Shown here: positions 23,901 through 36,860 of the stretch, in pieces
Layout: every line of letters starts with the position of its first letter
Numbering within the stretch: position 1 is the stretch's first letter
NCBI GenBank assembly: GCA_950097015.1
Contig: CATNEN010000038.1
Location: forward strand, 29,698,001 to 29,762,000
Source: Macrostomum hystrix
Taxonomy: Eukaryota; Animalia; Platyhelminthes
DNA: 64,000 nucleotides
Direction: 5' to 3'
The notes under the pieces: generated by a model
The model's input: only the letters and a program-made list of their open reading frames with translations
Database searches by the model: none
What the model was told of the DNA's origin: nothing
Made by a program: the position numbers and the translations under genes

Positions 23901-25744
23901 TTATCGATTTCTTATTCTACAATTATCGATTTCTTATTCTACAATTATCGATTTCTTATTCTACAATTATCGATTTCTTATTCTACAATTATCGATTTCT
24001 TATTCTACAATTATCGATTTCTTATTCTACAATTATCGATTTCTTATTCTACAATTATCGATTTCTTATTCTACAATTATCGATTTCTTATTCTACAATT
24101 ATCGATTTCTTATTCTACAATTTTCGATTTCTTATTCTACAATTGTCCATTTCTTATTCTACAATTATCGATTTCTTATTCTACAATTATCGATATCTTA
24201 TTCTACAATTATCGATTTCTTATTCTACAATTATCGATTTCTTATTCTACAATTATCGATTTCTTATTCTACAATTGTCCATTTCTTATTCTACAATTAT
24301 CGATTTCTTATTCTACAATTATCGATTTCTTATTCTACAATTATCGATTTCTTATTCTACAATTATCGATTTCTTATTCTACAATTATCGATTTCTTATT
24401 CTACAATTATCGATTTCTTATTCTACAATTATCGATTTCTTATTCTACAATTATCGATTTCTTATTCTACAATTATCGATTTCTTATTCTACAATTATCG
24501 ATTTCTTATTCTACAATTTTCGATTTCTTATTCTACAATTGTCCATTTCTCTTTCTACAATTATCGATTTCTTATTCTACAATTATCGATATCTTATTCT
24601 ACAATTATCGATTTCTTATTCTACAATTATCGATTTCTTATTCTACAATTATCGATTTCTTATTCTACAATTATCGATTTCTTATTCTACAATTATTGAT
24701 TTCTTATTCTACAATTGTCGATTTCTTATTCTACAATTGTCTATTTCTTATTCTACAATTATCGATTTCTTATTCTACAATTATCGATTTCTTATTCTAC
24801 AATTATCGATTTCTTATTCTACAATTGTCGATTTCTTATTCTACAATTGTCCATTTCTTATTCTACAATTATCGATTTCTTATTCTACAATTATCGATTT
24901 CTTATTCTACAATTATCGATTTCTTATTCTACAATTGTCCATTTCTTATTCTACAATTATCGATTTCTTATTCTACAATTATCGATTTCTTATTCTACAA
25001 TTATCGATTTCTTATTCTACAATTATCGATTTCTTATTCTACAATTATTGATTTCTTATTCTACAATTATTGATTTCTTATTCTACAATTATTGATTTCT
25101 TATTCTACAATTATCGATTTCTTATTCTACAATTGTCCATTTCTTATTCTACAATTATCGATTTCTTATTCTACAATTATCGATTTCTTATTCTACAATT
25201 ATCGATTTCTTATTCTACAATTATCGATTTCTTATTCTACAATTATCGATTTCTTATTCTACAATTATTGATTTCTTATTCTACAATTATTGATTTCTTA
25301 TTCTACAATTGTCCATTTCTTATTCTACAATTATCGATTTCTTATTCTACAATTATCGATATCTTATTCTACAATTATCGATTTCTTATTCTACAGTTAT
25401 CGATTTCTTATTCTACAATTATCTATTTCTTATTCTACAATTATCTATTTCTTATTCTACAATTATCGATTTCTTATTCTACAATTATTGATTTCCTCTG
25501 TTCATACTGCTCAAATACCGTCCTCACTATTTCCCAATGCCAATGCGCGCAGCCGGAGCCAGGCAAAGCTCCACCCTCCGCTCGCTTCAAGCTGCACCAA
25601 TCGGAGCACTTCCTACTGTTGGAGAGTGCCATCGCTCCACATCAATACGTTGCGGCTCTAGAGAGTGGCCAGATTAAACCGCCCGCCGCTTCTACAAGCG
25701 ACAAATATTCGCAATTTGGCGTACAGTTCTGCACTTTTCGCTAG
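20916..25744 (+). CDS. uncharacterized protein: Pro/Tyr/Gln-rich N-terminus plus a probable beta-trefoil (fascin/FGF-like) domain
   Basis: Exons 20916-21231, 23408-23625 and 25553-25744 join in frame with GT-AG ends. The fold call is an impression from the repeating LISRVSGRSL / NYLAI / LLLESAIAPHQYV pattern. Confidence 0.75.
21285..21445 (+). mobile_element. SINE family A, 3' fragment
   Basis: gtgtacaatgcctgacgatgagaaagtcc...gctgcggatctagcgtcaccaa...gcaattatt. Confidence 0.72.
21486..22045. repeat. 42-bp minisatellite (~13 copies)
   Basis: GTGACCATTTTTTGTGACTGTTATGGTCACATGTTGCCGTTG units. Confidence 0.95.
22400..23182. repeat. 37-bp minisatellite built from GTCACAG subunits
   Basis: AACGGTCACAGTAAACAGTCACAGAATGGTCACACAG units; the array ends with an inverted unit and TTTTTTATACGGG. 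Confidence 0.92.
23183..23360 (+). mobile_element. SINE family B fragment
   Basis: gcgtcggact..gtcgcgggttcgatt (tRNA T-arm/B box), ctgcattgct, aaatgggtaccagcattag. Confidence 0.65.
23800..25495. repeat. 22-bp minisatellite (~77 copies), intronic
   Basis: ATTTCTTATTCTACAATTATCG units. Confidence 0.97.
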
Positions 25745-26484
25745 GCTTACGATTGGAACTAAAACAATTTGAGTGAAGACTACTACTTAAAGTAGTTAAA
25801 AACACGAGCATATTTATCTTTTGTGATTTTTTTGGCAAATAGTTTTGATATTTATCCCTAATCAGTAATTAATTTTTTTCATACAATTCTGAATTGTTTA
25901 TTTAATAGTACTTTTTCGACCATTAGGATTTGTAAAAAACTTATTTCGATATGTAATCCTGTGCAATTAGAATGTGTCCACTATTTATCCAGTTTTAAAT
26001 AGATTACAATGGTTTTTCTTCCATAGTAATATGTCAAGTATATTTCTGTGAGCTTATTCAGGTTGTTTTCAGTTGTATTAAAATATATTTAAGAATGTTC
26101 TTTTAACAAAATTAAATCAGATTTGCATGATCCTTTTTCAAATTTCAAGAAAAAAACTTTCTGGTTGAAAATTAACACTTATGTTCTCTGCTTCTATAAC
26201 TCCTTCTATACTACTAAGTGTTTGTTTTTCAGAATTTTTTTTAATGGTCTCAATTTCGAACGTAAAAAGATTTTGTTTTTTAAAGCCATTTTAATAAATA
26301 GGACTGCTCCGAGTGATTTTTTCATATTTATTCTATCTAAAATGACAACTCATCATGTTTTTAACGTATGTTTTCGTTAGTCTAGATTAAAATTAAGGAC
26401 AAAGTGGCAACTTTTCTATAAAGTTTCCATGAAAAATTCTTACCTATAATTCGATAGAAATGGAACAAAATGGAAATCCATTCA

Positions 26485-28090
26485 TAGATTCTATCAAGAT
26501 CTCACAGCTTCCATCCGGATCTCACAGATTCCATCAGGATCTCACAGATTCCATCAGGATCTCACAGATTCTATGCAGATCTCACCGATTCCATCAGGAT
26601 CTCACAGATTCTATGCAGATATCACCGATTCCATCAGGATCTCACAGATTCTATGCAGATATCACCGATTCCATCAGGATCTCACAGATTCTATGCAGAT
26701 ATCACCGATTCCATCAGGATCTCACAGATTCTATGCAGATATCACCGATTCCATCAGGATCTCACAGATTCTATGCAGATATCACCGATTCCATCAGGAT
26801 CTCACAGATTCTATGCAGATATCACCGATTCCATCAGGATCTCACAGATTCTATGCAGATATCACCGATTCCATCAGGATCTCGCAGATTCTATGCAGAT
26901 ATCACCGATTCCATCAGGATCTCGCAGATTCTATGCAGATATCACCGATTCCATCAGGATCTCGCAGATTCTATGCAGATATCACCGATTCCATCAGGAT
27001 CTCACAGATTCTATGCAGATATCACCGATTCCATCAGGATCTCACAGATTCTATGCAGATATCACCGATTCCATCAGGATCTCACAGATTCTATGCAGAT
27101 ATCACCGATTCCATCAGGATCTCACAGATTCTATGCAGATATCACCGATTCCATCAGGATTTCACAGATTCTATGCAGATATCACCGATTCCATCAGGAT
27201 CTCACAGATTCTATGCAGATATCACCGATTCCATCAGGATCTCGCAGATTCTATGCAGATATCACCGATTCCATCAGTATCTCGCAGATTCTATGCAGAT
27301 ATCACCGATTCCATCAGGATCTCACAGATTATATGCAGATATCACCGATTCCATCAGGATCTCGCAGATTCTATGCAGATATCACCGATTCCATCAGTAT
27401 CTCGCAGATTCTATGCAGATATCACCGATTCCATCAGGATCTCACAGATTATATGCAGATATCACCGATTCCATCAGGATCTCGCAGATTCTATGCAGAT
27501 ATCACCGATTCCATCAGGATCTCACAGATTCTATGCAGATATCACCGATTCCATCAAAATCTCACCGATTCCATCAAAATCTCACCGATTCCATCAAAAT
27601 CTCACCGATTCCATCAAAATCTCACCGATTCCATCAAAGTCTCACCGATTCTATCAACATCTCACAGATTCTATGCAGATCCCACCGAGTCCATCAAAAT
27701 CTCACTGATTCCAATAAAACTCACTGATTCCATCAAAATCTCACTGATTCTATCAAAGTCTCACCGATTATATCAACATCTCACAGATTCTATGCAGATC
27801 TCACCGATTCCATCAAAATCTCACTGATTCCATCAAAATCTCACAGATTCCATCAAAATCTCACCGATTCTATCAAGATCTCACTGATTCCATCAAAATC
27901 TCACTGATTCCATCAAAATCTCACCGATTCCATCAAAATCTCACCGATTCCATCAAGATCTCACAGATTACATCAAAATCTCACTGATTCCATCAAAATC
28001 TCACCGATTCCATCAAGATCTCACAGATTACATCAAAATCTCACTGATTCCAATAAAATCTCACCGAGTCCATCAAAATCTCACGCGGCC
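26485..28090. repeat. 40-bp (2x20) minisatellite
   Basis: ATCACCGATTCCATCAGGAT-CTCACAGATTCTATGCAGAT units decaying into 20-bp units. Confidence 0.96.
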
Positions 28091-28387
28091 ATTCCATCAA
28101 AATCTCACTCATTCTATCGGAATCTCATCCAATTTATCTGAATCTCACCCGGCCATTCCGTCATCTCACAGATTCCGTCAGAATCTCCACCAGTTTATCA
28201 AGATCTCACTTTTTCAATCAGAATCTCACCAGTAATATCAAAATCTCAACCAGTCCTTAAAACCACATCTTACAACCACATCTAGATCAAATCTAGATCT
28301 GAACTATTCTATTAGTTTCTCACCCACAAAAATTATAAGCTTGATTTGCAACATTGCGGCGCATTCACATTTAACATATTTTTGCAG

Positions 28388-31300
28388 GCCCCACACTGGG
28401 CATGGCAGACGCTGTACGCCGTTGGCCTCCTTCTATTAACCTACCTGTTGATCTATCTGCGCAAATTGCGTCACAGACGCCTGCCAGATCCGGGAGTTCC
28501 CGCTCCGCTTGAAGGTAACGCCGGCATTCGTAATAGTAGTCATCGATGGCGACGTATCGGACACTTTGATAGGCCGGCCTATTGCGGCGTCTCAGGCGGC
28601 GGGGCCATGCTCGAAGGCGCCGTCTGTCAGTATTGCGGTCTCTGCGTCTCAGACGACGAGCTTAACGTTGCCGTCCGCGCCCTGCCATGCAAGCCCATGG
28701 CATTGTTGGACTCTGAATTAGCCGATCCTCCAGCATTAGATGGCACTCCGCATCATTGGGTTGAAGGCAACCTGCCAGCCTATTCAACCTGTTGCGTCTG
28801 TCAAGATGCCTGCGGCGAAGCTGGCCGATTGTGCGACCTTCGCTGCGCCTGGTGTCAGCGCTGCGCACATCCCGACTGTCTGAATGAGCAGCGACTAGCT
28901 AAGCTGTGCGATTTCGGTCGCTACGCTGACGCGGTTGTACCTCCACACTGCGTGCAGCTGTCTAGACCTAGACGGCGCCAGCCTAGCCTACTGTCTATGG
29001 TTCGAGCACCCCGCCTACCTGTGGTCTGGCGGCCTCTTATTGTTCTAGCTAATCGGCATAGCGGCGGCGGAGAGGGCGACGCTGTGCTGCAACGATTCCG
29101 GGCTGTGCTAAATCCGGCTCAGGTGAGAATCGATTATTTGGAATGACTAACCTGTATGAATCATTGTAATGACAAAAAATTAGGACTGATTTAACAAGAC
29201 CAACCTGTATGACTGATTTACGACCAACCTGTATGACTGATTTATGACCAACCTGTATGACTGATTTATGACCAACCTGTATGACTGATTTATGACCAAC
29301 CTGTATGACTGATTTATGACCAACCTGTATGACTGATTTATGACCAATCTGTATGACTGATTTATGACCAACCTGTATGACTGATTTATGACCAATCTGT
29401 ATGACTGATTTATGACCAACCTGTATGACTGATTTATGACCAACCTGTATGACTGATTTATGACCAATCTGTATGACTGATTTATGACCAACCTGTATGA
29501 CTGATTTATGACCAACCTGTATGACTGATTTATGACCAACCTGTATGACTAATTTGTAATTACTATCCCGTATGACTGATTTGTGATGACCATCCCATAT
29601 GACTGATATTTAATGACCAACCTGTATGACTAATTTGTAATGACTATCCCGTATGACTGATTTGTGATGACCATCCCATATGACTGATATTTAATGACCA
29701 ACCTGTATGACAAATTTGTAATGACTATCCCGTATGACTGATTTGTGATGACCATCCCATATGACTGATTTTTAATGACCAACATGAATGACTGTTATGA
29801 CGGGCCTGAATATGACTGATAGTAATGACAAACGTGCATGACTACATGTAAAGACTTAACTTGTGCCATTGATTTTATTTCGTTATCTTTCGTTCGTATT
29901 ATCCTTAGTTAAATACCATAATAAATGTTTCCCAGGTGCTCGACCTCTCTGAAGTGCCGCCAAAAGTTGCTCTCGGCTGGTGCCGCCTCCTACCAGAAGG
30001 TGTGACAGCTCGCCTACTGGTCTGCGGCGGCGATGGCACAGTCGGTTGGGTGCTATCATCCGTCGAAGAACTTGGACTAAGTCCGCCGCCTCCGTTGGCA
30101 ATATTTCCACTCGGGACTGGCAATGATTTATCTCGCATACTTGGCTGGGGTTCCGGATCTAGCGCCGACGATCTAGATGGGGTAGACGCGTTGCTTAGCA
30201 ACCTAGTCAACGCTAGCATTGACAAACTCGATCGTTGGCTAGTGTCGGTTCGACCAAAGCGTTCGTTAAATCTATTATCCGGCCCGAGACAGTTTACTAT
30301 GAGTAATTATTTTAGTCTCGGTGTTGACGCCATGGTGGCGTTGAATTTCGACTCTGCTCGACGAAATCTTCCATCACTGACTGGCAGTCGGATGATCAAT
30401 AAACTGTGGTGAGCATACTTTTTTAGTGGCTTATCCTGCAAGAAGATCTCGATGATTTCTTTTAATAGATCTGCATGATTTCTTCTTATAGATATGGATG
30501 ATTGCTTCTAATAGATCTGGGTGATTTCTTCTTATAGATATGGATGATTGCTTCTAATAGATCTGGGTGATTTCTTCTTATAGATATGGATGATTGCTTC
30601 TAATAGATCTGGGTGATTTCTTCTTATAGATTTGGATGATTGCTTCTAATAGATCTGGGTGATTTCTTCTTATAGATTTGGATTATTGCTTCTTATAGAT
30701 TTGGATGATTGCTTCTAATAGATCTGGGTGATTTCTTCTTATAGATTTGGATGATTGCTTCTAATAGATCTGGATGATTTGTTCTTGTAGATATGGATGA
30801 TTGCTTCTAATAGATCTGGACAAATTCTCCTTTATCTCTTATATTTTTAGATGATTTGTCATAGATCTATATAAATTATTCTCGTTGATAATGATGATTT
30901 CTCATCGAGTAAAAATAAATTTACATATATCTGAATTATTTCTCCCTGTTATTTTAAAATTGGAAATTGCTTTGGATCCGTTTTTTTACGAATCGCGATT
31001 TGAAAGAGGGCTAAATAAAGTTGGGATCCATATTTTTTCTCCGAGCTCTAAAAGGTTTATTCTTGTAGATCCTGTCACATTGCGAAAATAAGTGCCGCAT
31101 TGTTAACTACTTTAAGTAGCAATCGCGTAAATGTTTCCAACATCCACGCAGGTACTTCGGTTACGGCACTCGAGACCTGTGGGAGCGCGCCTGCCGAAAT
31201 CTGCACCGGCGCCTCACCGTTATCCTGGACGGCCGAACTTTGAACCTGCCAGAACTCGAAGGCCTAGTTGTGTTGAACATCGCCTCCTGGGGCTCTGGCT

Positions 31301-31704
31301 GTCATCCTTGGGGCTCGGGCAATCTCACTCCTGTAGCTTCGTCCAACAGCGTCAGTTCGTCTAGTTCAACGACACAAGAAACGGCGGCAGCGGCTGTGGC
31401 AGCAGCTTCGGCTTCGTCGGACGCGCATTTTCGACCGCAATCTCACGGCGACGGCCGTTTCGAACTCATGGGCCTGCACTCCAGCTTTCACATGGCCCAA
31501 CTGCAGATGGGATTGGCGCCTGCTATTCGCCTTGGCCAGGGCTCCAGTCTGCAGATTGTACTTCGGTCTGGCCAGGTGCCCGTTCAAGTTGACGGCGAGC
31601 CCTGGCTGCAGGGACCCTGCATTGTCACCGTCGGACTCAAGGGACAGGCTGCTGTGCTCCGGTGTTTGACTTCCGCCTCTTCTTGGACTGATCGGAGATC
31701 CTAG
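28388..31704 (+). CDS. DGKE: diacylglycerol kinase epsilon (start codon unresolved)
   Basis: Exons 28388-29122, 29936-30408, 31152-31704. N-terminal TM helix, two C1 domains (HHWVEGNLP..CCVC), PLIVLANRHSGG, VCGGDGTVGWVL, PLGTGNDLSR, NYFSLGVDA, EGLVVLNIASWGSG, VQVDGEPWLQ. Confidence 0.92.
29150..29790. repeat. 24-bp minisatellite in a DGKE intron
   Basis: TGACTGATTTATGACCAACCTGTA units. Confidence 0.93.
30465..30822. repeat. 46-bp (2x23) minisatellite in a DGKE intron
   Basis: ATAGATATGGATGATTGCTTCTA-ATAGATCTGGGTGATTTCTTCTT units. Confidence 0.88.
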
Positions 31705-31719
31705 TGCTTCTCGTTTGTC

Positions 31720-32356
31720 TCTACCTGTCTTTAGATTTAACTGTCTTTTCTCTCAACCTGTCTTTAGAAGCCTGTCTTCCCTCGATCTGTCTTTAGAAGC
31801 CTGTCTTTTCCCTCAACCTGTCTTTAGAAGCCTGTCTTCCCTCGATCTGTCTTTAGAAGCCTGTCATTTCTCCTAACCTATCTTTAGAAGCCTGTCATTT
31901 CTCCCAACCTGTCTTTAGAAGCCTGTCATTTCTCCCAACCTGTCTTTAGAAGCCTGTCATTTCTCGTAACCTGTCTTTAGAAGCCTTTCATTTCTGTCAA
32001 CCTGTCTTTTGAAGCCTGTCATTTCTCCTAACCTGTCTTTAGAAGCCTGTCATTTCTCCTAACCTGTCTTTAGAAGCCTGTCATTTCTGTCAACCTGCCT
32101 TTAGAAGCCTGTCATTTCTCCTAACCTGTCTTTAGAAGCCTGTCATTTCTCCCAACCTGTCTTTAGAAGCCTGTCATTTCTCCCAACCTGCCTTTAGAAG
32201 CCTGTCATTTCTCCCAACCTGTCTTTAGAAGCCTGTCATTTCTCCCAACCTATCTTTAGAAGCCTGTCATTTCTCCCAACCTATCTTTAGAAGCCTGTCA
32301 TTTCTCCCAACCTGTCTTTAGAAGCCAGTCATTTTTGTCAACCTTTTTTCTCGCTG
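31720..32356. repeat. 31-bp minisatellite directly after the DGKE stop
   Basis: AACCTGTCTTTAGAAGCCTGTCATTTCTCCC units. Confidence 0.92.
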
Positions 32357-33122
32357 AATATCATAAGATGCCTGTCTTTCTTTGTTTCTACCTGTCTGTT
32401 CTTTTTACCCGTCTTTAGAAGCCTTACGTAGTCCTTTGTTTCCAACCGTGTCTGATTTAGCCACATCACTAAAATCGTATCTTCATGTATCTGTGATTAT
32501 CTGCATTCTAAATTCTATTTAATAATACTTTATCTCGAGTTTTTGCTTGAAACCGGTGTCACAAATGAAATTCACATAAATTAGTTCTTTCGCTTTATAT
32601 ATTTAATTTATATTCAGTCACGTAAATAGTTTTTTTAGTATATTATAATTTTGTATGCACCGCTAATCTATAGTATCCATTCATTCATATCCATATTGCA
32701 TCCATTGACTCAATCATAGGCTTATTAGTTAACGTAATATCCAAGTCCAAGTGACATTGTATTGTGCAATGCTTGCATATTCAAAAATCTCTGTGATAAA
32801 TGCTTTGTGTACATTATTTCTTATTCTTCTTATTTATACATGTTTGTTATTAACTTAACTTGTAAACAATTGTTCTGGTTTTTACTTCAGGAACTCTCAT
32901 TCTACTTATAGTGAACTGTAATTAGATTTTTATTAGCTGTTTTCTGTTTCGAAACTGTCTAGACTGTCTATACTTGCGGCCTAGCTAGTGTTGTTTTGTA
33001 AAAGGATTAGCACATGTGTTGTATATTGTATTTAATTTTCACGTCAAGCATTACTTGTTACACATTCATTTCGTTCTTTGTTATATACCTTTAAACTATT
33101 AACGTTACTAGATGACTTTGAC

Positions 33123-35390
33123 TACAGGAATCCAAACAACACCATCATCCTCCTGAACTTCAGGAACCGCTCCGCCACCCTCATCCTCCTGAACTTTAGA
33201 AACCGCTCCGCCACCCTCATCCTCCTGAACTTTAGAAACCGCTCCGCCACACTCGTCCTCCTGAACTTCAGTAACCGCTCCGCCACACTCGTCCTCCTGA
33301 ACTTTAGAAACCGCTCCGCCACACTCGTCCTCCTGAACTTTAGAAACCGGTCCGCCACACTCGTCCTCCTGAACTTCAGTAACCGCTCCGCCACACTCGT
33401 CCTCCTGAACTTTAGAAACCGCTCCGCCACCCTCATCCTACTGAACTTTAGAAACCGGTCCGCCACCATCATCCTCCTGAACTTCAGTAACCGCTCCGCC
33501 ACACTCGTCCTCCTGAACTTCAGGAACCGCTCCGCCACACTCGTCCTCCTGAACTTTAAGAACCGCTCCGCCACCCTCATCCTCCTGAACTTTAGAAACC
33601 GGTCCGCCACCATCATCCTCCTGAACTTCAGTAACCGCTCCGCCACACTCGTCCTCCTGAACTTTAGAAACCGCTCCGCCACACTCGTCCTCCTGAACTT
33701 TAGAAACCGCTCCGCCACACTCGTCCTCCTGAACTTTAGGAACCGCTCCGCCACACTCGTCCTCCTGAACTTTAAGAACCGCTCCGCCACCCTCATCCTC
33801 CTGAACTTCTGTAACCGCTCCGCCACACTCGTCCTCCTGAACTTCAGGAACCGCTCCGCCACACTCGTCCTCCTGAACTTCAGTAACCGCTCCGCCACAC
33901 TCGTCCTCCTGAACTTCAGTAACCGCTCCGCCACACTCGTCCTCCTGAACTTTAGAAACCGCTCCGCCACACTCGTCCTCCTGAACTTTAAGAACCGCTC
34001 CGCCACCCTCATCCTCCTGAACTTTAGAAACCGGTCCGCCACCATCATCCTCCTGAACTTCAGTAACCGCTCCGCCACACTCGTCCTCCTGAACTTTAAG
34101 AACCGCTCCGCCACCCTCATCCTCCTGAACTTCTGTAACCGCTCCGCCACACTCGTCCTCCTGAACTTCAGTAACCGCTCCGCCACACTCGTCCTCCTGA
34201 ACTTTAGGAACCGCTCCGCCACACTCGTCCTCCTGAACTTTAGAAACCGCTCCGCCACACTCGTCCTCCTGAACTTTAGGAACCGCTCCGCCACACTCAT
34301 CCTCCTGAACTTTAGAAACCGGTCCGCCACACTCATCCTCCTGAACTTCAGTAACCGCTCCGCCACACTCATCCTCCTGAACTTCAGTAACCGCTCCGCC
34401 ACACTCGTCCTCCTGAATTTTAGAAACCGCTCCGCCACACTCGTCCTCCTGAACTTTAAGAACCGCTCCGCCACCCTCATCCTCCTGAACTTTAGAAACC
34501 GGTCCGCCACCATCATCCTCCTGAACTTCAGTAACCGCTCCGCCACACTCGTCCTCCTGAACTTTAGAAACCGCTCCGCCACACTCGTCCTCCTGAACTT
34601 TAGAAACCGCTCCGCCACACTCGTCCTCCTGAACTTTAGAAACCGCTCCGCCACACTCGTCCTCCTGAACTTTAGGAACCGCTCCGCCACACTCGTCCTC
34701 CTGAACTTTAAGAACCGCTCCGCCACCCTCATCCTCCTGAACTTTAGAAACCGGTCCGCCACACTCATCCTCCTGAACTTCAGTAACCGCTCCGCCACAC
34801 TCGTCCTCCTGAATTTTAGAAACCGCTCCGCCACACTCGTCCTCCTGAACTTTAAGAACCGCTCCGCCACCCTCATCCTCCTGAACTTTAGAAACCGGTC
34901 CGCCACCATCATCCTCCTGAACTTCAGTAACCGCTCCGCCACACTCGTCCTCCTGAACTTTAGAAACCGCTCCGCCACACTCGTCCTCCTGAACTTTAGG
35001 AACCGCTCCGCCACACTCGTCCTCCTGAACTTTAAGAACCGCTCCGCCACCATCATCCTCCTGAACTTCTGTAACCGCTCCGCCACACTCATCCTCCTGA
35101 ACTTCAGTAACCGCTCCGCCACACTCGTCCTCCTGAACTTTAAGAACCGCTCCGCCACCCTCATCCTGAACCTCCGAAATCGCTCTGCCACCCTCATCCT
35201 CCTGAACCTCCGAAACCGCTCTGCCACCCTCATCCTCCTGAACCTCCGAAACCGCTCTGCCACCCTCATCCTCCTGAACTTTAGAAACCACTCCGCCACC
35301 CTCATCCTCCTGAACTTTAGAAACCGCTCCGCCACCCTAATCCTCCTGAACTTTAGAAACCGCTCCGCCACCCTCGTCCTCCTGAGCTTC
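33123..35390. repeat. 36-bp minisatellite (~63 copies)
   Basis: AACCGCTCCGCCACACTCGTCCTCCTGAACTTTAGA units. Confidence 0.96.
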
Positions 35391-35506
35391 ATGGACACAT
35401 TCTTAGGCCTTAAACTTTAAAGGAATGTAAACATTTCCGCAGTATTCGTCCTAATGCTAAGCCAAGTTGTCATTATTTTCAGATTCTGAACATTTAATAG
35501 TGAAAC

Positions 35507-36211
35507 ATGACCAGTATGCAGATGCAAGCCACAGCGGCAGTCCAACGCCTACAGGGTACATGGCGCTCCGCAATGGGTCGCATGACCAACCAAATGTTCC
35601 CAGTCCGTAAGCAGGACTTGGAGAAGATCAGATTGCAAACTGGTCGCACAGGTTTGGAATACGCCACTTTCCTGCCGCTGCAGATTGTCTACTATTTCAA
35701 CGCTTTCTTTGCACCATTCTGGCTTGTCGGCTTCCTATTGTCAATCATCGACAAGTACAGCAGGCTTAGCTACATCCTGCAGCCAATTCTTATTGCACTA
35801 TTCTGCTTGTATTGCATTCTGGAATTCATCAGATTGTACATTGGCTACTTTGGCAATCTATCGGAGAACATTGCTGATCTGGCTGGTAGTTGGTTAATCA
35901 CAGCTATTATCCAATTGCCTGCTATCTGCTTCTTTCTGTTTAACTATTATCTGCTGGTCAATCCTTTTGAAATCGTCATACACGCCATTGAATTCACATT
36001 TGTCCTATTGGAGGTCATCATGGGTCTCTACACTATTAAAGTATTTCAAACTGTGCAAGCTTTGAAATTTCATCACAAAATGGAATACTTCAATCCGGAT
36101 GGCACCGATCAGGCTATTGATGAGCGACAGGACGGCTACGTTTATTATAATAACGCATTCGATGGCACAGAAATGCGCAGGCGAACAGCCGGTCAGACTA
36201 CCATTGCTTGA
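35507..36211 (+). CDS. TMEM17: TMEM17-like ciliary transition-zone membrane protein
   Basis: Single ORF with LPLQIVYYFNAFF and LEFIRLYIGYFGNLSENIADLAGSWL, matching the TMEM17/TMEM216 family signature; four hydrophobic segments. Confidence 0.85.
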   Translation: MTSMQMQATAAVQRLQGTWRSAMGRMTNQMFPVRKQDLEKIRLQTGRTGLEYATFLPLQIVYYFNAFFAPFWLVGFLLSIIDKYSRLSYILQPILIALFCLYCILEFIRLYIGYFGNLSENIADLAGSWLITAIIQLPAICFFLFNYYLLVNPFEIVIHAIEFTFVLLEVIMGLYTIKVFQTVQALKFHHKMEYFNPDGTDQAIDERQDGYVYYNNAFDGTEMRRRTAGQTTIA

Positions 36212-36252
36212 CTTGAGGACTAGACTTGCTGATGGAATGGATGAACATTTAT

Positions 36253-36860
36253 GGGCCAGCCATTCCGCTAATCCATGTGACCTTCAGTGGGCTATTCTGC
36301 TAATCCATGTGACCTTCAGTGGGCCATTCCGCTAATCCATGTGACCTTCAGTGGGCCATTCTGCTAATCCATGTGACCTTCAGTGGGCCCTTACGCTAAT
36401 CCATGTGACCTTCAGTCGGCCCTTACGCTAATCCATGTGACCTTCAGTGGGCCATTCCGCTAATCCATGTGACCTTCAGTGGGCCATTCCGCTAATCCAT
36501 GTGACCTTCAGTGGGCCATTCTGCTAATCCATGTGACTTTCAGTGGGCCCTTACGCTAATCCATGTGACCTTCAGTCGGCCCTTACGCTAATCCATGTGA
36601 CCTTCATTGGACCACTCCGCTAATCCATGTGACCTTCATTGGGCCATTCCGCTAATCCATGTGACCTTCAGTAGGCCCTTACGCTAATCCATGTGACCTT
36701 CAGTGGGCCATTCCGCTAATCCATGTGACCTTCAGTGGGCTATTCTGCTAATCCATGTGACCTTCAGTGGGCCATTCTGCTAATCCATGTGACCTTCTGT
36801 CGGCCCTTACGCTAATCCATGTGACCTTCAGTGGGCCATTCCGCTAATCCATGTGACCTA
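36253..36860. repeat. 32-bp minisatellite in the TMEM17 3' region
   Basis: GCTAATCCATGTGACCTTCAGTGGGCCATTCC units. Confidence 0.93.

Noticed and set aside
24143-27827. Long ORFs in several frames (24143-25744, 26460-27827)
   Set aside because: Artefacts of stop-free 22-bp and 40-bp repeats; only 25553-25744 is a credible exon.
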